64,000 nt of DNA, from assembly GCF_009914755.1 (NCBI RefSeq), contig NC_060935.1; one strand, given 5' to 3'. Positions 13,612 through 29,910 of this stretch are shown piece after piece. A model generated the notes under the pieces. It was not told the DNA's origin. It did not search any database and saw nothing but the letters and a program-made list of their open reading frames with translations. The position numbers and the translations under genes were made by a program. Source of the stretch: the human T2T-CHM13v2.0 reference genome, Homo sapiens. Each line of letters begins with the position of its first letter. Position 1 is the stretch's first letter.

Positions 13612-15271
13612 AAAAGAGGGGATTTTTAAGAGGAATAAAAAGAAACATTGTGTGTTACTACAAACAACCTAAAAGGTAAATAGGTTCAAAAAAAGAGGGA
13701 ATTAGAGACATAAGTCCTGGGCACATATTGAGAACTAAAATGAAATTAAGAATGCTGGGGAATGTGTTTGTGGACAAGACCATCCCTGGTATTGATCTCC
13801 TTGTCTTTAAGTCTGTTGTCCCTTATTTGAATTAAAACTCAAGTCAAGGAGAGAAAGCAAGAGTTTTTGCTGTCCTTCTTTGGTATCAAAACCAGTCAAA
13901 GTTTTGGGTTTTCTGTTTTTTACTGACTTTGTGTTGCCAAAATTGTCTTAACCCAATTTTAAGCTTAAGATGGCTGAGGTCTCATGCTACCAAAGCCTAA
14001 AACTATTTATAAAGATTCAATATAAAAACTGAATTTGAATGGGTAAAAATTGTATTAATGTTTTCTCCCATTTTCTTTAAAAACCTGCAACTCCCCAACA
14101 TCTCTTGGTTTTCTTCTTGTTCCTGTGGCTCCATCTAATTGTTAGATTTCTCTGCTGAGGTCTCGTGTCACCTCTGCTTGGAACCAGCTATACATGTGGT
14201 GATATGAGTAACAAAACACTTAGGCCTAGAAGGTTCAAGGCACAGGATAAAACTGCCTCAGAAACCCAGTAACATCTCCCATGGTCTCTTTTGTTAATGT
14301 ACTATGGGTTATTGTAGTAGGGGACAGTTTGGAAGGTGCTTAGAAAAGCAAGCTATGTATTGGAGCTTACAAAATCGTTATGAAAAGTCCCATTCTCTGT
14401 CATAAAATAGATTAATCGTCTTCAAACAGAGGTACATTAATACTTTCCAAGTGGCTGTAGAATATGGATAATTTTTAGGGAATCAATTTGCAGATCTCCA
14501 CTTTCCTAAAATGGATTTCCTTGAAAATACATCTTTTGCTCGCCCACCCACCCATGTAGCAAGCAAGAGAGAGTCCCCCTTTAAACAACAGAGAGTCCCC
14601 CTTTTACAGTATCCAGCTACTATAAACCCTGAAGGGCTTCCCTGAATAAATACACATTTCTGCTGAAGATGAAGCTTAATGATAGAAATGCAGCACCTTG
14701 GCTCATGTTGGGATGTTCTGATTTCAGATGGACAGTGCAGGGTGGAGACAGAAACAAGGGCCATTTTTTATGACTTTGCCTCTTCATTTGCCAACAATTG
14801 TCAAAGAATGAACGCTTCTTGAGTGAGAGTCCAGAAAAAGTTAAGCAAAGACAGCATCAGCAGGGAATACTGAATACCAAACAATGCTTTGTCATGTATT
14901 GAAATGTAAATGATTCCTTATATTATTCTTAATATCTTTCAGATGTATCATTCACTAGAAAAGTATCTCAAACAGGCAAGGCAGAAAAGCTTAGTGAGAG
15001 TGATTCTTTTAAATGTGACTTGGAATGGTTTGCAGAACTCAAAATTTTTACAGGAAAATGGTCAAAGCCCATGGATGAAATTTTATGTGATTTCTTTCTG
15101 ATTTAGAATTTTAATCTAGTAAGATAGTTATCAAATCATATCTAGAAATATTTATTCCTACTACTATTTATCCTTTTTTAATTTTATTCCATAAAACCTT
15201 TAATAATTTATATATCCTATCAACAAAGACTAAAATAACATACTGGCTGCCATACCAACTAATTTTTAGCT

Positions 15272-15832
15272 ACATATATATACATAAATGGTGTATATAT
15301 ACGTATATATATACGTATATATGGTATATATATATACACACACAATATAAAATGTGTATATATATATATACACAATATAAAATGTGTATATATATATACA
15401 CAATATAAAATGTGTATATATATATACACATTTTATATTGTGTATATGTGTATATATATATACACAATATAAAATGTGTATATATATATACACAGTATAA
15501 AATGTGTATATATATATACACAGTATAAAATGTGTATATATATATACACAGTATAAAATGTGTATATATATATACACAGTATAAAATGTGTATATATATA
15601 TACACAGTATAAAATGTGTATATATATACACAGTATAAAATGTGTATATATATACACAGTATAAAATGTGTATATATATACACAGTATAAAATGTGTATA
15701 TATATACACAGTATAAAATGTGTATATATGTATACACAGTATAAAATGTGTATATATATACGCAATATAAAATGTGTATATATATACAATATAAAATATG
15801 TGTGTGTGTATATATATATATACACACACACA
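15272..15832. repeat. AT-rich minisatellite, about 17 units of 26-30 bp, CACA(A/G)TATAAAATGTG(TA)n
   Basis: Direct reading; source of the YI-repeat ORFs in the track. Confidence 0.97.
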
Positions 15833-15922
15833 ATTTTTCTTTCCTTAAATATATAGCCAAAGTGTGAACATGATGAGTACCACTAAAAAATACATCCAAT
15901 AAGAATTGTGTCACATAGTTAA

Positions 15923-16250
<328 letters not shown>

Positions 16251-16822
16251 CATATTAATTATTTTTAACAGCTGGGTTGATTTTTGTAGTTTTTGATCTA
16301 ATATACTAATAATAGATATAAAGACAACTCTTTCCAGAGTATTTTCAATATCCAGAGCCTTTTAGCAAGAGGAAATGAAACAAATTCTAAAATTTCATAT
16401 ATATGTGTGTGTTATATGTATTTTATTTATATATGATATACATGTTGATATCTATATAAAGGGATTTTAAGAGACTTTACAATAATAAAAGCTATAATAT
16501 GAGGAATCACATTTATGAAGGAAATTGGACTGAAAATATAACCTCAAGGAGTAAAAGGAAAGATGCAGCTATTCTGAACATTAAAGAAGATGTTGTTCGC
16601 TTAGTTGATGGTGGGCATGAAATCATTACAGCATTTAGAGTCCTTTGCATATATCTGAAGGAGAATTGAAGAGTTCTATTCTTAAATGGCAATATGTACA
16701 CCATGCAGAAATCATATCCCTTAAAAATATTTATACTCACAGAAGACAAAAAATAGGTATCAATTTTAAACTGTGTGAATGAACACAGTTTTTCAAACAT
16801 CTTTCAGATGGAAAGGGAGCAA

Positions 16823-16883
16823 AATACATACATACATACATACATACATACATACATACATACATACATACATACATACATAC
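16823..16883. repeat. (CATA)~15 tetranucleotide STR
   Basis: Direct reading. Confidence 0.97.
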
Positions 16884-19765
16884 CATGAACAGGGAGGATC
16901 TCCTGTGGCCAATACAATCTCTCAGGTCCCTGTGAGGCTGACCAGGCCTAAGCTATCCAGCCCTCAGTGACTTTTATTTCCTGAGACTCTAAGGGAGTTG
17001 ACTATTTAAAAAGATTTTAAAAAAAAAGACTGAAAGGATATGTGCTAGCATGTTGGTAGTGTATCAGTGTTTATTTCTTGATGGCTAAAATTAGGAATGA
17101 TTTTTTAAACTTCCTTCATTTTTATATTATTTTTTTCTAACATGGCTATATATTACTTTAAAGTAAGAAAAAAGAAGTTATTTTTAAGGGTAGAAGCAGC
17201 AAACTCAGCAGCAAACCTCACCTCAGAGACACCAACTTCTCTATTCCTGTAAGGTCCCACTCTGCTGTAAACTGAGACTGGGATGCTGGGACAAGAGTTA
17301 GTGTCCCAGTAGCCATGGGTGGTGGGGGAATGTTATTTCCCTGTGAGTTTACACACAAAGGCAAGGGAGGCTCACCCTTGTATGGCAGTTCTTTCATCTG
17401 CTGTCCAAACTAATCTCAGAGAAAAAGAATATTTGTTTTAATGCTTGATACCTGGCAAGGAAGAAATCTTTTCTGGTTTGTTTTTGTAAAAAGGCCTTAA
17501 AAATCAAGCCAGTAACTGCCCTTTCTCCTTGTGCAGTAATTTTGAGTTAGGTTTCTAATTATAAAAATTGTCAAGTTCTAGGATATACTTTATAAAAGCA
17601 TTTTTTAAACTGCTACTCTTGTTTAACAGTAATCTAATTTTTGAAAGTGATTTTTAAAAGACATTAGTAACATACTCCTAAATACATTTATGTTTTCAGT
17701 TAGATTTATCCTTTCTTTGCCTTGAAACCTTCATAGAGGCAGGGCATTAGCAAAAAGGTATGCATGTCCAGAGGCTCTAGGTAACTGCTCAAGACAATGG
17801 AGCAAATAGGGAAGCACAAATGGGCGGAAAGTGGCTAATCCATACACTTCACACTGATGACAGCAGAAAGAAGGGTGTGATGAACAAACAGAAGAATGTC
17901 CAGATCTTTACGTCTTCATCATCGTGTGGAGGCCTCAACATTTTGCAATGCATTTAGGGACCATGAAGAATTTACATCCTGGTTAAATGTGATTCTTCCC
18001 ACCTTTCAGCCACTAGCCCCCTCCTCACTCCATAAGGTCATGCCTAATATGATAGTTACTACACACAGATCTTTTCTATCACATTGGATTATAAACCAAT
18101 TGAGGACAGGATTGCTGACTGAATTGTCTTTGTATTTTGTACTACCTCGCCATCCTCATCCTCAACTGTCCCCAGTAAAAAAGAGCAGGGACTCCAAAGA
18201 TGTAGGCCAGTGAATTAATGAACAAATAAAGAATATAATAGTCTTCAGTGGTTTAGAGAAAGCATGTAAACAAGGATACAGTAAAGGAAACAGAAATGTT
18301 GAAATTAGGCAAAATTAGTAATATAGATTTTGAAAATAATTAATATTAATCAGAGTTCAAAATGCTTTAATTTGAATCAGGTGAAAGTCTCTGTGTCCTA
18401 GGAGTCAAGCGAAAAGTAGGTAAGAATCTGAGACAGGGTTAGAAGGACCATTTACTTGTCTTGCCCTGTTAGCTGCCAGGTAGCTGGAGGAAAAGCACCT
18501 TCCTCTACCTTGGGAGCCAAGCACATACTGAGCGTTTCAGTAACCATTTTCCTCCTTCTAGCCTTTCTGGATAGACTGGACCTGAGGATAGATAGACACA
18601 TGACATCTGATACTGGGGTGAAACATCAGTGACAGTGGCACCAAGAAGCTGCCCAGGAAAGACTGGGCTGTAATCCCTCAAGAAAAGAGTATAGAAACAA
18701 GCATTCTCTCAGCATATAGAAAAAAAATGAAACCAATATTCACTTCTGTAAAACATTGTACTTGATGAATCAAACCTGTTTCCAACCTGCATTATTTAGT
18801 AAAGGAGATAAGTGCATCATAAATAACAATAATCCATGGTAAAAGGTGATGGGCATTAGAGGATCAGAACTACCTCAAACAGGTAGAGGGAGTTTAGAGA
18901 TACCTGTGGGGAAGATCTTAGCTAGGGATGCAAGCTTTCATCCTCTCCACGTGGAGCACAGCCCTTATGGTTAATGGCAGCATCTGACACCATTTATCTC
19001 TCCAGATACCTCTTATTAAGAGATTGACTGGTCAAAGTTCTAATTTCCTACTATTTCATATCTATCATGTTTTGTTTTTGCTGGTACACCTTGGCCTAAA
19101 ATATCTTTTCCCTCATTCTCTGCCTTCCAAAATCCTACTTGTTCCACCATATACAGCTGAAATGCCATCTTACACATACTTCCCTGCAGCCTAACAGGAA
19201 TTAAATATTGTTTTCTCTGAACTTCTACAGTATGTTGCTTTTACCTCTACCTGGTAGTTTTGTTTATTTTTTATTCATGTGTGCATTTGTCTCTCTAGTC
19301 AACTGTGACTTCCTTAAGCTTATTCTTCTTTCTGACCTCAACAGCATCTATCACTGTGCTCTGAACATGGAAATAGTGTTTCGTGGGAGGAAAAAGCCTG
19401 GGCTTTTCAGAGTGCAGTATACCTGGATTCTGAACCCAGCTGTGTTATTTCCCATTTGTTGATATTGGGCATTAGCGAAACTTTCTATGCCTTCATTTAC
19501 CCATCTAGACAGGAACTAATAATAGCTTCTCAAGGGGAACGGATAAAGATTAGATATAATAAATGCAAAATGTCTGGCAGACAGTAGAGCATCACTAAAT
19601 GGTAGCGATCACAACTTTTGCTACAATGATTATAATAAAGAGCTTGTTGAATAAACTTATAAAATGACCTAGTGTCCACAGTAACTAGCACAGTGCTGAG
19701 CACATGGGGGAAGCTGGTAAATACACCTTGACTCTGGCTTGTGGAGGGTGAAGTCTCTATTGTTA

Positions 19766-20584
<819 letters not shown>

Positions 20585-21483
20585 TTAAGAGCATTTTAGT
20601 GTGCCAAATGACTTGCCATTCATCTAATACAATCCTCAAGTATATTAGATGTTGTCTCATCATCTCTAGACCTACTATATTATAAAATGAAGATGCATTT
20701 ATTTGTTAATGGATTCCAAGAACTTCACGTCTAAGAAAGCCAAGCACTTTGCAGATTTTAACATTCCCAGTTGGGGTGGAGACTAGCAATTGCCATAATT
20801 ACTCTGTGCCATTCAGATAGAAACTAATGTACTATATAGATGGTATAGACTTAGGAAAGATGTCTATATCCATACCCTCTTATCCATATGCAGTCACAAT
20901 GTGATAGAGAATATAAGACTACATTTTAAGAAGTAGAGACAATAGCAAATCCACTCAAGTTAACAAATATTTATTGAGTCCCTCTGATGCCAGGTCTAGG
21001 AACTATATTCGGTCCAAGAAGGCCAATAGTGAAAAAACAAATAGATGCTTTTTCCTGCCTCTACAAGTCTTATAGACCAAAGAGAGAGATGGGCAATCAG
21101 CATACTGCTTTGTTATCAGCTGCTTAATTATAATGATAAGCCTATAATGGGGCATCTATCCCAGATTCTGAGAGAAAATGACAAGCTGAAAATGGAAGGA
21201 TAAGTAGAAGTCAGGTGAGAGTGTACTTCAGGAGGGTGAGACAGGGGTTAGGTATAGGTAGAAAGTTTTCTCTAGCAGAGGTATCGGCTAGATGTTAGAG
21301 TATAGGTTTCATTAATATGGGCAATAAATGCTTGAACTCTGCTGTCCTAAAAATCACTGCAGACTGGAGAAAATTATAATCAAGTTGTCAGGTAGGAAAA
21401 AACACTTCTATGGTGCAGGCAGTGGTCAGAGCAGTGGCCAGCCTTCAACGTAGTCCTTCAATCTGTGATAAGAAGGGAAAGTG

Positions 21484-21783
21484 AGCCGGGTGCTATGGCT
21501 CACGCCTATAATCCCAGGACCTTGCAGGGCCAAGGTGGGCGAATCACTTGCCCAGGAAGTCAAGACTAGCTTGGACAACATGGCAAAACCCCATCTCTGC
21601 AAATAATAGAAAAATTAGTGGTGCATGGTGGCACATGCCTGTAGTCCCAGCTACTCAGGAGGCTGAGGTAGAGTATCAATTGAACCCAGGAGATCAAGGC
21701 TGCAGAGAGCCATGACTATGCCTCTGCACTCCAGCCTGGGTGATAGAACAAGATCCTATATCAAAGAAAAAAAAAAAAAAAAA
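21484..21783 (+). mobile_element. AluJ
   Basis: Diverged dimeric Alu with poly-A tail. Confidence 0.93.
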
Positions 21784-22740
21784 GGAAGGGGGCTGTGATT
21801 CTTCCTCTGATCAAAATGCTATAATGAAGATTTTTTCGTTATTAATTCATAACTTCGTGTCTTAAGGTCTTTTGAGCTTCAAGGGATCTCATTACAATTA
21901 GAGGTTCAACTCTTACCAGTATCACTAACTGAACCCAAAGAAGGCATGTTTTTGCAGAACTGGAACAGGGCCAGGTTATAGGGGAGGCTAAAGAGGCATC
22001 CCTCTTTAAAAACGGTCACAAACTTCCCAGTATAAAGAGGACAATAAAAAGATCCAAGGGCCTCATAAGCTATCTTTCCCTCCAATATGTTCAGGTCTGG
22101 AGAATCTTAGTTGCTTTCCCTACTGGCCTTTATCAGTCTTGATTCCACATCTCCAGACAGTGCTGTCTGTGGCAGTGTGATGGACAGGAATAGAAAGGAA
22201 GATAGTAAAGTTTCAGCAACTCACAAACAGATTTTGCTTCTTGGAGGAGCTTGAAGAGTATACCACCATATTGACAAATATTTTTCATAGATTTTCATTC
22301 AACAGTGATTCCTTTAACTATCCAAGTCCTATTCAAAATCAACCAAACTGATGTTTTTTTCAAAGAGACAACTTTGTAAGTTTCGAAAATGACATGAAGG
22401 GCCGATATCAAGTTATACAACCTAATAATTTCTAAAATGGGTCATTAGATAATACATATGCAACTTTTATTATAAGAGAATAGCATCTGTAACTATTTTG
22501 TCCCATAGCTATTACTTTGTTTTTAATTCCATTTTTAATTTTAGTAAAGTTATACATGTGCATATTTTAGTTTATTCTATGTCTTGATCTCCAGAGGTGA
22601 TACATTTCAATTTAACTATTTTAGCTGGTTATTTTATAATTTTAAATGTTATAACCACATAGCTTTGGTTATATTGTTACTTCTTGATTTTTCAGGTTTG
22701 GCATTACCTATGGACTTCCCATTACACCATACCTTCACGT

Positions 22741-22755
22741 ATCTCTCTCTCTCTC

Positions 22756-22800
<45 letters not shown>
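22741..22800. repeat. (TC)n(CA)~21 microsatellite
   Basis: Direct reading. Confidence 0.96.
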
Positions 22801-22803
<3 letters not shown>

Positions 22804-23089
22804 CCCCTTCATGGTCCCTTATCATTCCAGAATTGTTATATCATGACTTTTTTTTAGATAACTATTTACTGTTTAAAACATGACAATGCAAGTGCTAATC
22901 ATAGCTAAGTGGTATACTATAGTGTCTTTTCAGGTACAGCTTCCCTATAACCTTAAACCTAATAGATAAAAATTCTCTTCATTTTCTCAGTGCTCTATAT
23001 ACATATGACTAATTCAATCAAACTCTCTTCTCCATCAATATAAGTCTTATTTTAATACATTCTACATATTAAGTGGGTATTTTTTTTTT

Positions 23090-24040
23090 TCAATTTTGGA
23101 AAATCTAGACAGCAGTTGCTGTCTAGACTTGATGCATGTATGTTCTCTTTGAATCTTCCTTTGGTATCATTCCAAGGATTCTCTTCACTTTGCTTTTGTA
23201 TTGGGGTCCTTGTTTTCTGTATCCCAGATCTTCTTTTATCTGAGTTGACTTCTTTGTTCTAGTACAGCACATCTTCCAACAGCTGTCTAATAAAGCATGC
23301 ATAGGTGAATTTTTAAAGAACGTGTACATCTAAAACTGACTTTGTCCTACCTCTAAACTTAACTGATAGTTTGGCTGGGTAGAGAATTCAAGGTTGAGGA
23401 TAATTTTGGAGGCCTTGCTCTAATAAATTATAGTTTTGTGGCTACTATTGAGAAGCATGATGCAATTTTGATTCTGGATATTGTCTTTGTCTCTGGTGTC
23501 CTAAAATTACATGGTTGTTTATTGAAGGGAGTCTCTTCTCCACAGTGCTGCCCATTTAATCTGGAATAAAAAGTGTCCTTTTCTTAGAAATAGTCTTGCC
23601 CTATTTATCTGATCATTTTGTTTTCTGCTTTCAATGTACCATTTCTGGAACTCCTTCTTTTTGATGTTGGACATCCTGTAATTGTCCTTTAATTTTCTTA
23701 TCTTTTCTATTTCCAATTATTTATGTTCAATATTATTTATTATATTCTGGGAAATTTCTTCAACTTTAGATTATATCTATGAAAATTGCTATTATATTTT
23801 TAATTTTCAAAAACACCCTTTATTTTCAAATGTTACTTTTTATAAGACTTTTCTGCTTTTAAAGGCACAAACATTTTTTCTTCTCTCTCTGGGGATGTTA
23901 AAGATTGCACACATCACAATTTAGAGAACTTACTCCTGAGTTGCTTTTTTATGTTTGTTTGCTTTGGTCTCTGTATTTCATAGTAGAATTTTTCCTCGTA
24001 TAGCTAGTGATTCTTAGTAGATATTCTTTGCTTCTTTTTA
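23090..24040 (-). mobile_element. Ancient L1M (ORF1-region) remnant
   Basis: T-rich, with GATAGTTTGGCTGGGTAGAGAATT and GATGTTGGACATCCTG motifs typical of old L1. Boundaries approximate. Confidence 0.55.
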
Positions 24041-24880
24041 AAGAAATATTCCTTATAATGTCTTTTCTAAGAGAGTATAATTTCCCCTTATAAAAACTAG
24101 AGTGAGCCTAATGTTGGTTTTGGCAAAAGGTGATGTCTGAGTTACGGTGAGTTTCTAGAAGAATCACATTATTTCTGAGTTAACAAGATGGATGAGGTAG
24201 AAGAGACAGGAGATCATCAAGGTTTGTTACATGAGGAAACATCATCTTCCTACTGAAATTCTTAACCCTCTTCCCTTCTCTCTGTCACTTTTCTGGCTTC
24301 TACTAACCTCTTTAGGCTTTCACTTCCTCTCTCTTATCTTCTGTATTTATTGCTTTGCGTAGTTTCTATTGTAGACAAGAGGAAGTTCAAAGATTAGGGG
24401 GAGAGACAGTATCTTCCAAACATGAAGAATGCTTTGAAAAAGAAAAACTGTAAATTTAAGGGAGAAACAAAATAGGATCAGGGATCTATAAAAGTAAGAT
24501 GAAAGTACTGGGAGTGAGAACTTGCAAGATAAGTTCTCATGTAACTAAAAAAATGACACAAAACTGACACAAAATAGTAACATATCAAAACATCAAGAAC
24601 AAGCTCCATTTTTTTTCATCCATTAAAATGGGAGAAATAATTATTCTGACCTATCTCAAAGGACTACTTTCAGAGGTAATTGAAATTATGAATGTGGAAA
24701 GCATTTTAGGTTGGATTTAAATTTTTTTACAGCCACATCCATAATAATAAGCACATATATAGCACTTATAAAAATAAGAAGGACACTTGGACTTCATCAT
24801 TTTTCAGCTGTTATGCAATAAGAAGACCCATGAAAAAAAGGCAAGGACTGAGATGGTAATTGATGTAAGTTGTTTTGTCT

Positions 24881-25146
24881 TTTTCTTTTTTTTTTGAGAC
24901 AGGATCTCGTTCTGTTGCCTTACTATAGCCGCAACCTCCCAGACTCAATCAATCCTCCTTCCTCAGCCTCCTGTGTAGCTGGGACTAAAGGCACATGCTA
25001 CCTCACCCAGTTAATTTTTGTATTTTTTTTATAGATGGGGTCTCGCCATATTGCCCAGGCTGGTATCAAACTCGTGGGCTCAAGTATCCTCCCACCTCAG
25101 CCTCCCAACATACTGGGATTACAGGTATGAGCCACCACACCTGCCC
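24881..25146 (-). mobile_element. AluJ with internal deletion
   Basis: Alu in reverse lacking about 25 bp of the right arm. Confidence 0.9.
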
Positions 25147-27458
25147 TTTGTTTGTCTTTTTAAAGAAAGAAAAATAAGAATTAGCAACTTTACTTGTATC
25201 TCAATTTTTAATCTGGTTTACAAAATTTTATTTTTTCATCCAATACTAAGTTTACATTGAGCTAAATAGAATGTCTGAGTTGTGACATCTTTTATTCTAA
25301 GATTTTAAAATAACAATCTATGACTTTCCTGCCCATTTATTTGAAAAATGACAAGTTCTATCTTGGCAAGCCACTAATCATAATGATGTATCTTATTTCC
25401 TTCTAAATTACTGTGGCTTTTGTACCTATAACTTCTTGAAGGAACAGCAAAGATATTTCCGTAGAATTTTTTTTTTCAGTTTTAAAGCATCTTCTGTCTT
25501 AGTTGTTGTGACCACACATATTAATCATATGCAATGATATAATTTTTAGATACATTTTTATAAAAAGGCCTAGATTATCATAATCTGTTTAGCACTCTGT
25601 CAACTATATATGAGTCTGTGACAGAATTACAACTTGGTCATTCTGTATCTGAAAAGTCAGAATGTATCTGATACATTTTTGTTTGTTTTTGATTACTTTA
25701 GGAATATTACAACAGCAGGCACAATGAATTTTTATTGTTTTAGGCATATTACAAATGCAGGCCCAATGGATTCAGCACCCCTTGCATGAGTAGTAAGACA
25801 CAGTAAAAGCTGCTTGTATGTTGTTGACAGAACAAAACGCATGCTTTGCTGCTCTCCTTATCTTTCTTAACTGCAGCCTGGAGAAGCAATAAAAGATTCT
25901 ACTTGTATTTTTATGTCACAAGTGGTGTTGCTTACTCCCTGCCTCTCCTATGCAAAAGCAAAATGTGTAAAACAACTTTTTAAGTAACAGATATTTGAAA
26001 GCAATTCAGGAAAGATACTAGATGTTACTAGATTATATTACAAACCTCTCTGCAAATGGTTTTTATAAAACTATGTTGTAGAATTTTACATTAATAGCAA
26101 ATGAAACCTAGCAAAATCATCTGTTAAAAAGAGGAACAACTCAGCCCATAGCTCCATAGCACTACTTCAACAAAAGACATTTTCATTTCAGCTAAAGGGC
26201 ACACTTTTCAAATTCGGCTCTTCTATTTATGAAAATATTTATTAAGAAATTTTCTTCACCCATTTAGCCACATTTAGCATGGTTAAAAGATTAGTAACCT
26301 ACATTTTCATGTCTGTATTTTTACAAGGTGTTTATCACAACATATAAATACTGGTTCTAAGAAAGAGTAATTAGCCACCACCCCTATGGCACTCAAATGT
26401 AGATTAGGTCATGAAAACCATGTTTTTACATACCTCATTTTCCTGGTCCTTTTAGTATTTGTTGCCCCAGATAGTGAGAGATGGAATAATCCATCTCTAT
26501 TGAAAATGCCAGCAATGCAAATTAGCTTCTGAGTAGAGTGGATTGCATGCTAGAGTCCACAGCATGTGTAGTAATTCTCTCTACTTCCTGTTCAACTATG
26601 ATACACTTTTATAACATGGAACTGCTTTTATACAAACTAAGCTCCATATTAAGTTCTTAGCTTAACTTTGACTTTGTGCTTTAAAAATCCTTACAAATAT
26701 TTTAAAGCGCAATTCTATTACAGCAGAAGTTCTAAAATTGTAAATGGAATGTAACTATTCCAGGCAGTGTAGTCAGCCGTAAGCGTAATGTAGATTCATC
26801 CTAGGAAAGTAGAAATAAAAGAAATTCCAGAATTTGCATTTTATTACATGCACAATTATCAATGGGAATAATTAGACTCAGATATTTAGAGATTAACATT
26901 ATACACAACTAGCAAGTTTGCAAACCACTTTAGGGAGATGAATGAAAGAAGTCATTTGTTCTCATTTTACAACACTGACACTGTTTTTGCCCTGACTACT
27001 TAATCTCTGGGCACATACCCTATGCTCTTCCTCTGGGGTTGAGGAAGCAATAAACAATTAAAGTGGTTTTCCTTAGTCCTATGAGAGCAATGATGATTTT
27101 GCCTTATTCACACTGAATTCACCCCTCTTTGCAGAGGGACACATTGTAAACTCTCAGTACATAACTGGAATACATTAATCCCTCCCGTTAAAGGAATAAA
27201 GTTTAGAGCTTGTTTGTTCCCTATTAACCTGACTGCAAACGACTACAATGTACAACCCTACACAGAAAAAAAGGAACAAAATATAAAGGTTGAGCCACAG
27301 TGTGTTCTAGTGTAAATATAATATTTTATATTCATTTCAAATAAGTAGTGAGCTCAACAGGGGACAAAGGAAGTTGAAAGCCGTGTTTTTAATGGCATCC
27401 TTGTGACTTGTTCATGATCCAGAAGCAGAGATTTTCTTGACTTTAAAGATGGAACTAG

Positions 27459-27915
<457 letters not shown>

Positions 27916-29162
27916 TTAGTTTCAATTCTCCTCACGAACTCTTCTCATTTCTTCAAATACTAACTTTCTGTTTGATCAGTCACACTACATCACACCCTGC
28001 CTTAGTATTCTATGAATGAAATGGTAAGAGCCTGAGCTACTTGTCACTTTCAGTTGGGAGCCAGCAAAAGTGTGACTGAAAAATCTCAGGTGCATGTAAC
28101 AAATTTTTGGTCATCATTTCATTTGTATCATCATTTCATTTGTATCATCAATTGACATCTTGTTTGTGTAAATTAGAACTCAAACTGTGTGAGAGAATGA
28201 AATTGTGAGTAAATAACGGAAGTTATAGGAACTTGCCTTTTTATAAAACAACATCTGACATGTCATTGTTCCCTTTTAGTTTCTCCTTGGTGGTTTAATT
28301 TATTTCATGTGTCATGTCTTCCTACTTTGAAATGCTCTTTGGAAGAGTTCTGGGGCCAGACATTTATGGTGAGAATAATTAAGGACAAGTTGAGGGAAAC
28401 TGAGAACTGAGTCCTTGGGGATCTGAACTTGAGAAAACTTTGGGGAACTTCGCAAAATATTTGGAAGAACAAAGCTTTAAGAACAAAATAGAGTACTCTT
28501 GGGAATATTAAAAAGTTTCTTTGTAATACCAGCAAACTATATCCAAATTATCTCATCAAAGAAGAGGTTTAAATTCTTTGCTTCTATTACCAATGACTGC
28601 CATAATCATGTGTATTACACAAGCACATTTTCCAATTCCTCTGCATAAGATAGATTCTGGGGAGGAAAAAACACACTTCAATTATAAGACAATCTGAAAA
28701 AACTTAATGAAGGAACTCTAGGAGTATGTGTGCAGAAGTTAGGGAAATCCAACATGGCACCATGAAGTGCCCACATCTAGGACAATGTAGGCTTAAGTCT
28801 GAAGGGGCATAATGAGGGAACAGTTACCAGAACAGGATAACCATAAGACAAGGGACACCTGACAGTGGCCCTGACCTTTTATGAAGGGTGACAGCCCACC
28901 ATCAAGGAGAGAGCCAAGGGAACTGATACTCTGACCTCACTCTCCTGCCCTCTGATGTCCCACAAGTGCCTCTGATGGGCTGAACTCAGACTAGTGCTGG
29001 GGGACAAAGAAGCCCATTGATGCAGTCCACACAGGTCTGCATTGGTGCTATTCCACAGTCAGTGAACAGTATGCAAAACATGAAGAGTAGGCCAGGATGA
29101 CCAAGCCAACAACACCCAGCATATGCTCTAGATACAATAATTTGACTTTGCCATAATTAACT

Positions 29163-29280
29163 CCTTGCTCGGGTGATGGGTGCACTAAAATCTCGGAAAT
29201 CATCACTAAAGAACTTATACATGTAAAACACAACCTGTTCCCAAAAAAACCTACTGAAATAATTTTTAAAAGATTTTAAA
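29163..29280 (+). mobile_element. L1PB-type extreme 3' fragment
   Basis: GGGTGATGGGTGCACTAAAATCTC...CACTAAAGAACTTAT. Confidence 0.7.
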
Positions 29281-29910
29281 CTACTAGAGAGAGAGAGAGG
29301 AAAAGAAATTACTGATGAAAACATATGCACCAAAAAAATGGTAAGTGTATTTTTGATGATGGGTAACCACGGCATCATCAGTTCACGCCTTTCTGAGCTT
29401 ATTTTTCCCTTCTTTAAGCTGTCAAGAAAGACACCCACATTCAAGTTCATGCAGTCCATTATCTTAAAAAATTAACTTGTAACTAAGATTCATCCATAGA
29501 AATTCTAAGTTGATGTTCATATGAGGCTTAGGATGAACAACTCTTATGTGGAGGGGGAGAACAAGGATAATCTGATGTCATAGAAACATTCAAAATGTGA
29601 AGAGCACAAGCTGAAGCTGCTGATTCCCAGAGATAATGGTGCTGAAGAAAGACTTTGATAATAGGTCTGGAACATGCTCTAACTCTCCACAATGGGGGAT
29701 AGCTCCAAATGCTCACAGTACAGGTTTCACTCTATATGTGACTGCTATGTGTAACAGAGTACATGGATAGGGAAATTGGCAGGACCATGCAGCACATAGC
29801 TTTCATTTATTGAAACCAAAATTGTGAAATGCTTTTCTTTGCTGATGTGATATGATTTCAGACATCATTATCAACCCTCACACCCACCACCACCACCGGG
29901 ATCGTAACAG

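Noticed and set aside
14566-14605. AGAGAGTCCCCCTTT duplicated, NF-kB-like
   Set aside because: Imperfect match to the consensus; a simple short tandem duplication.
15266-15914. Long ORFs (187, 214 and 132 aa) rich in Y/I/C/H
   Set aside because: Translations of the AT-rich minisatellite; no splice or coding signal.
18945-18961. CTCCACGTGGAG E-box/HRE-like palindrome followed by CACAG, and many GGAAA NFAT-like sites elsewhere
   Set aside because: Short motifs expected by chance in 64 kb; cannot be supported without chromatin data.
28401-28422. TGAGAACTGAGTCC resembles the 5' end of miR-146
   Set aside because: Only about 10 nt match and there is no complementary arm to form a precursor hairpin.
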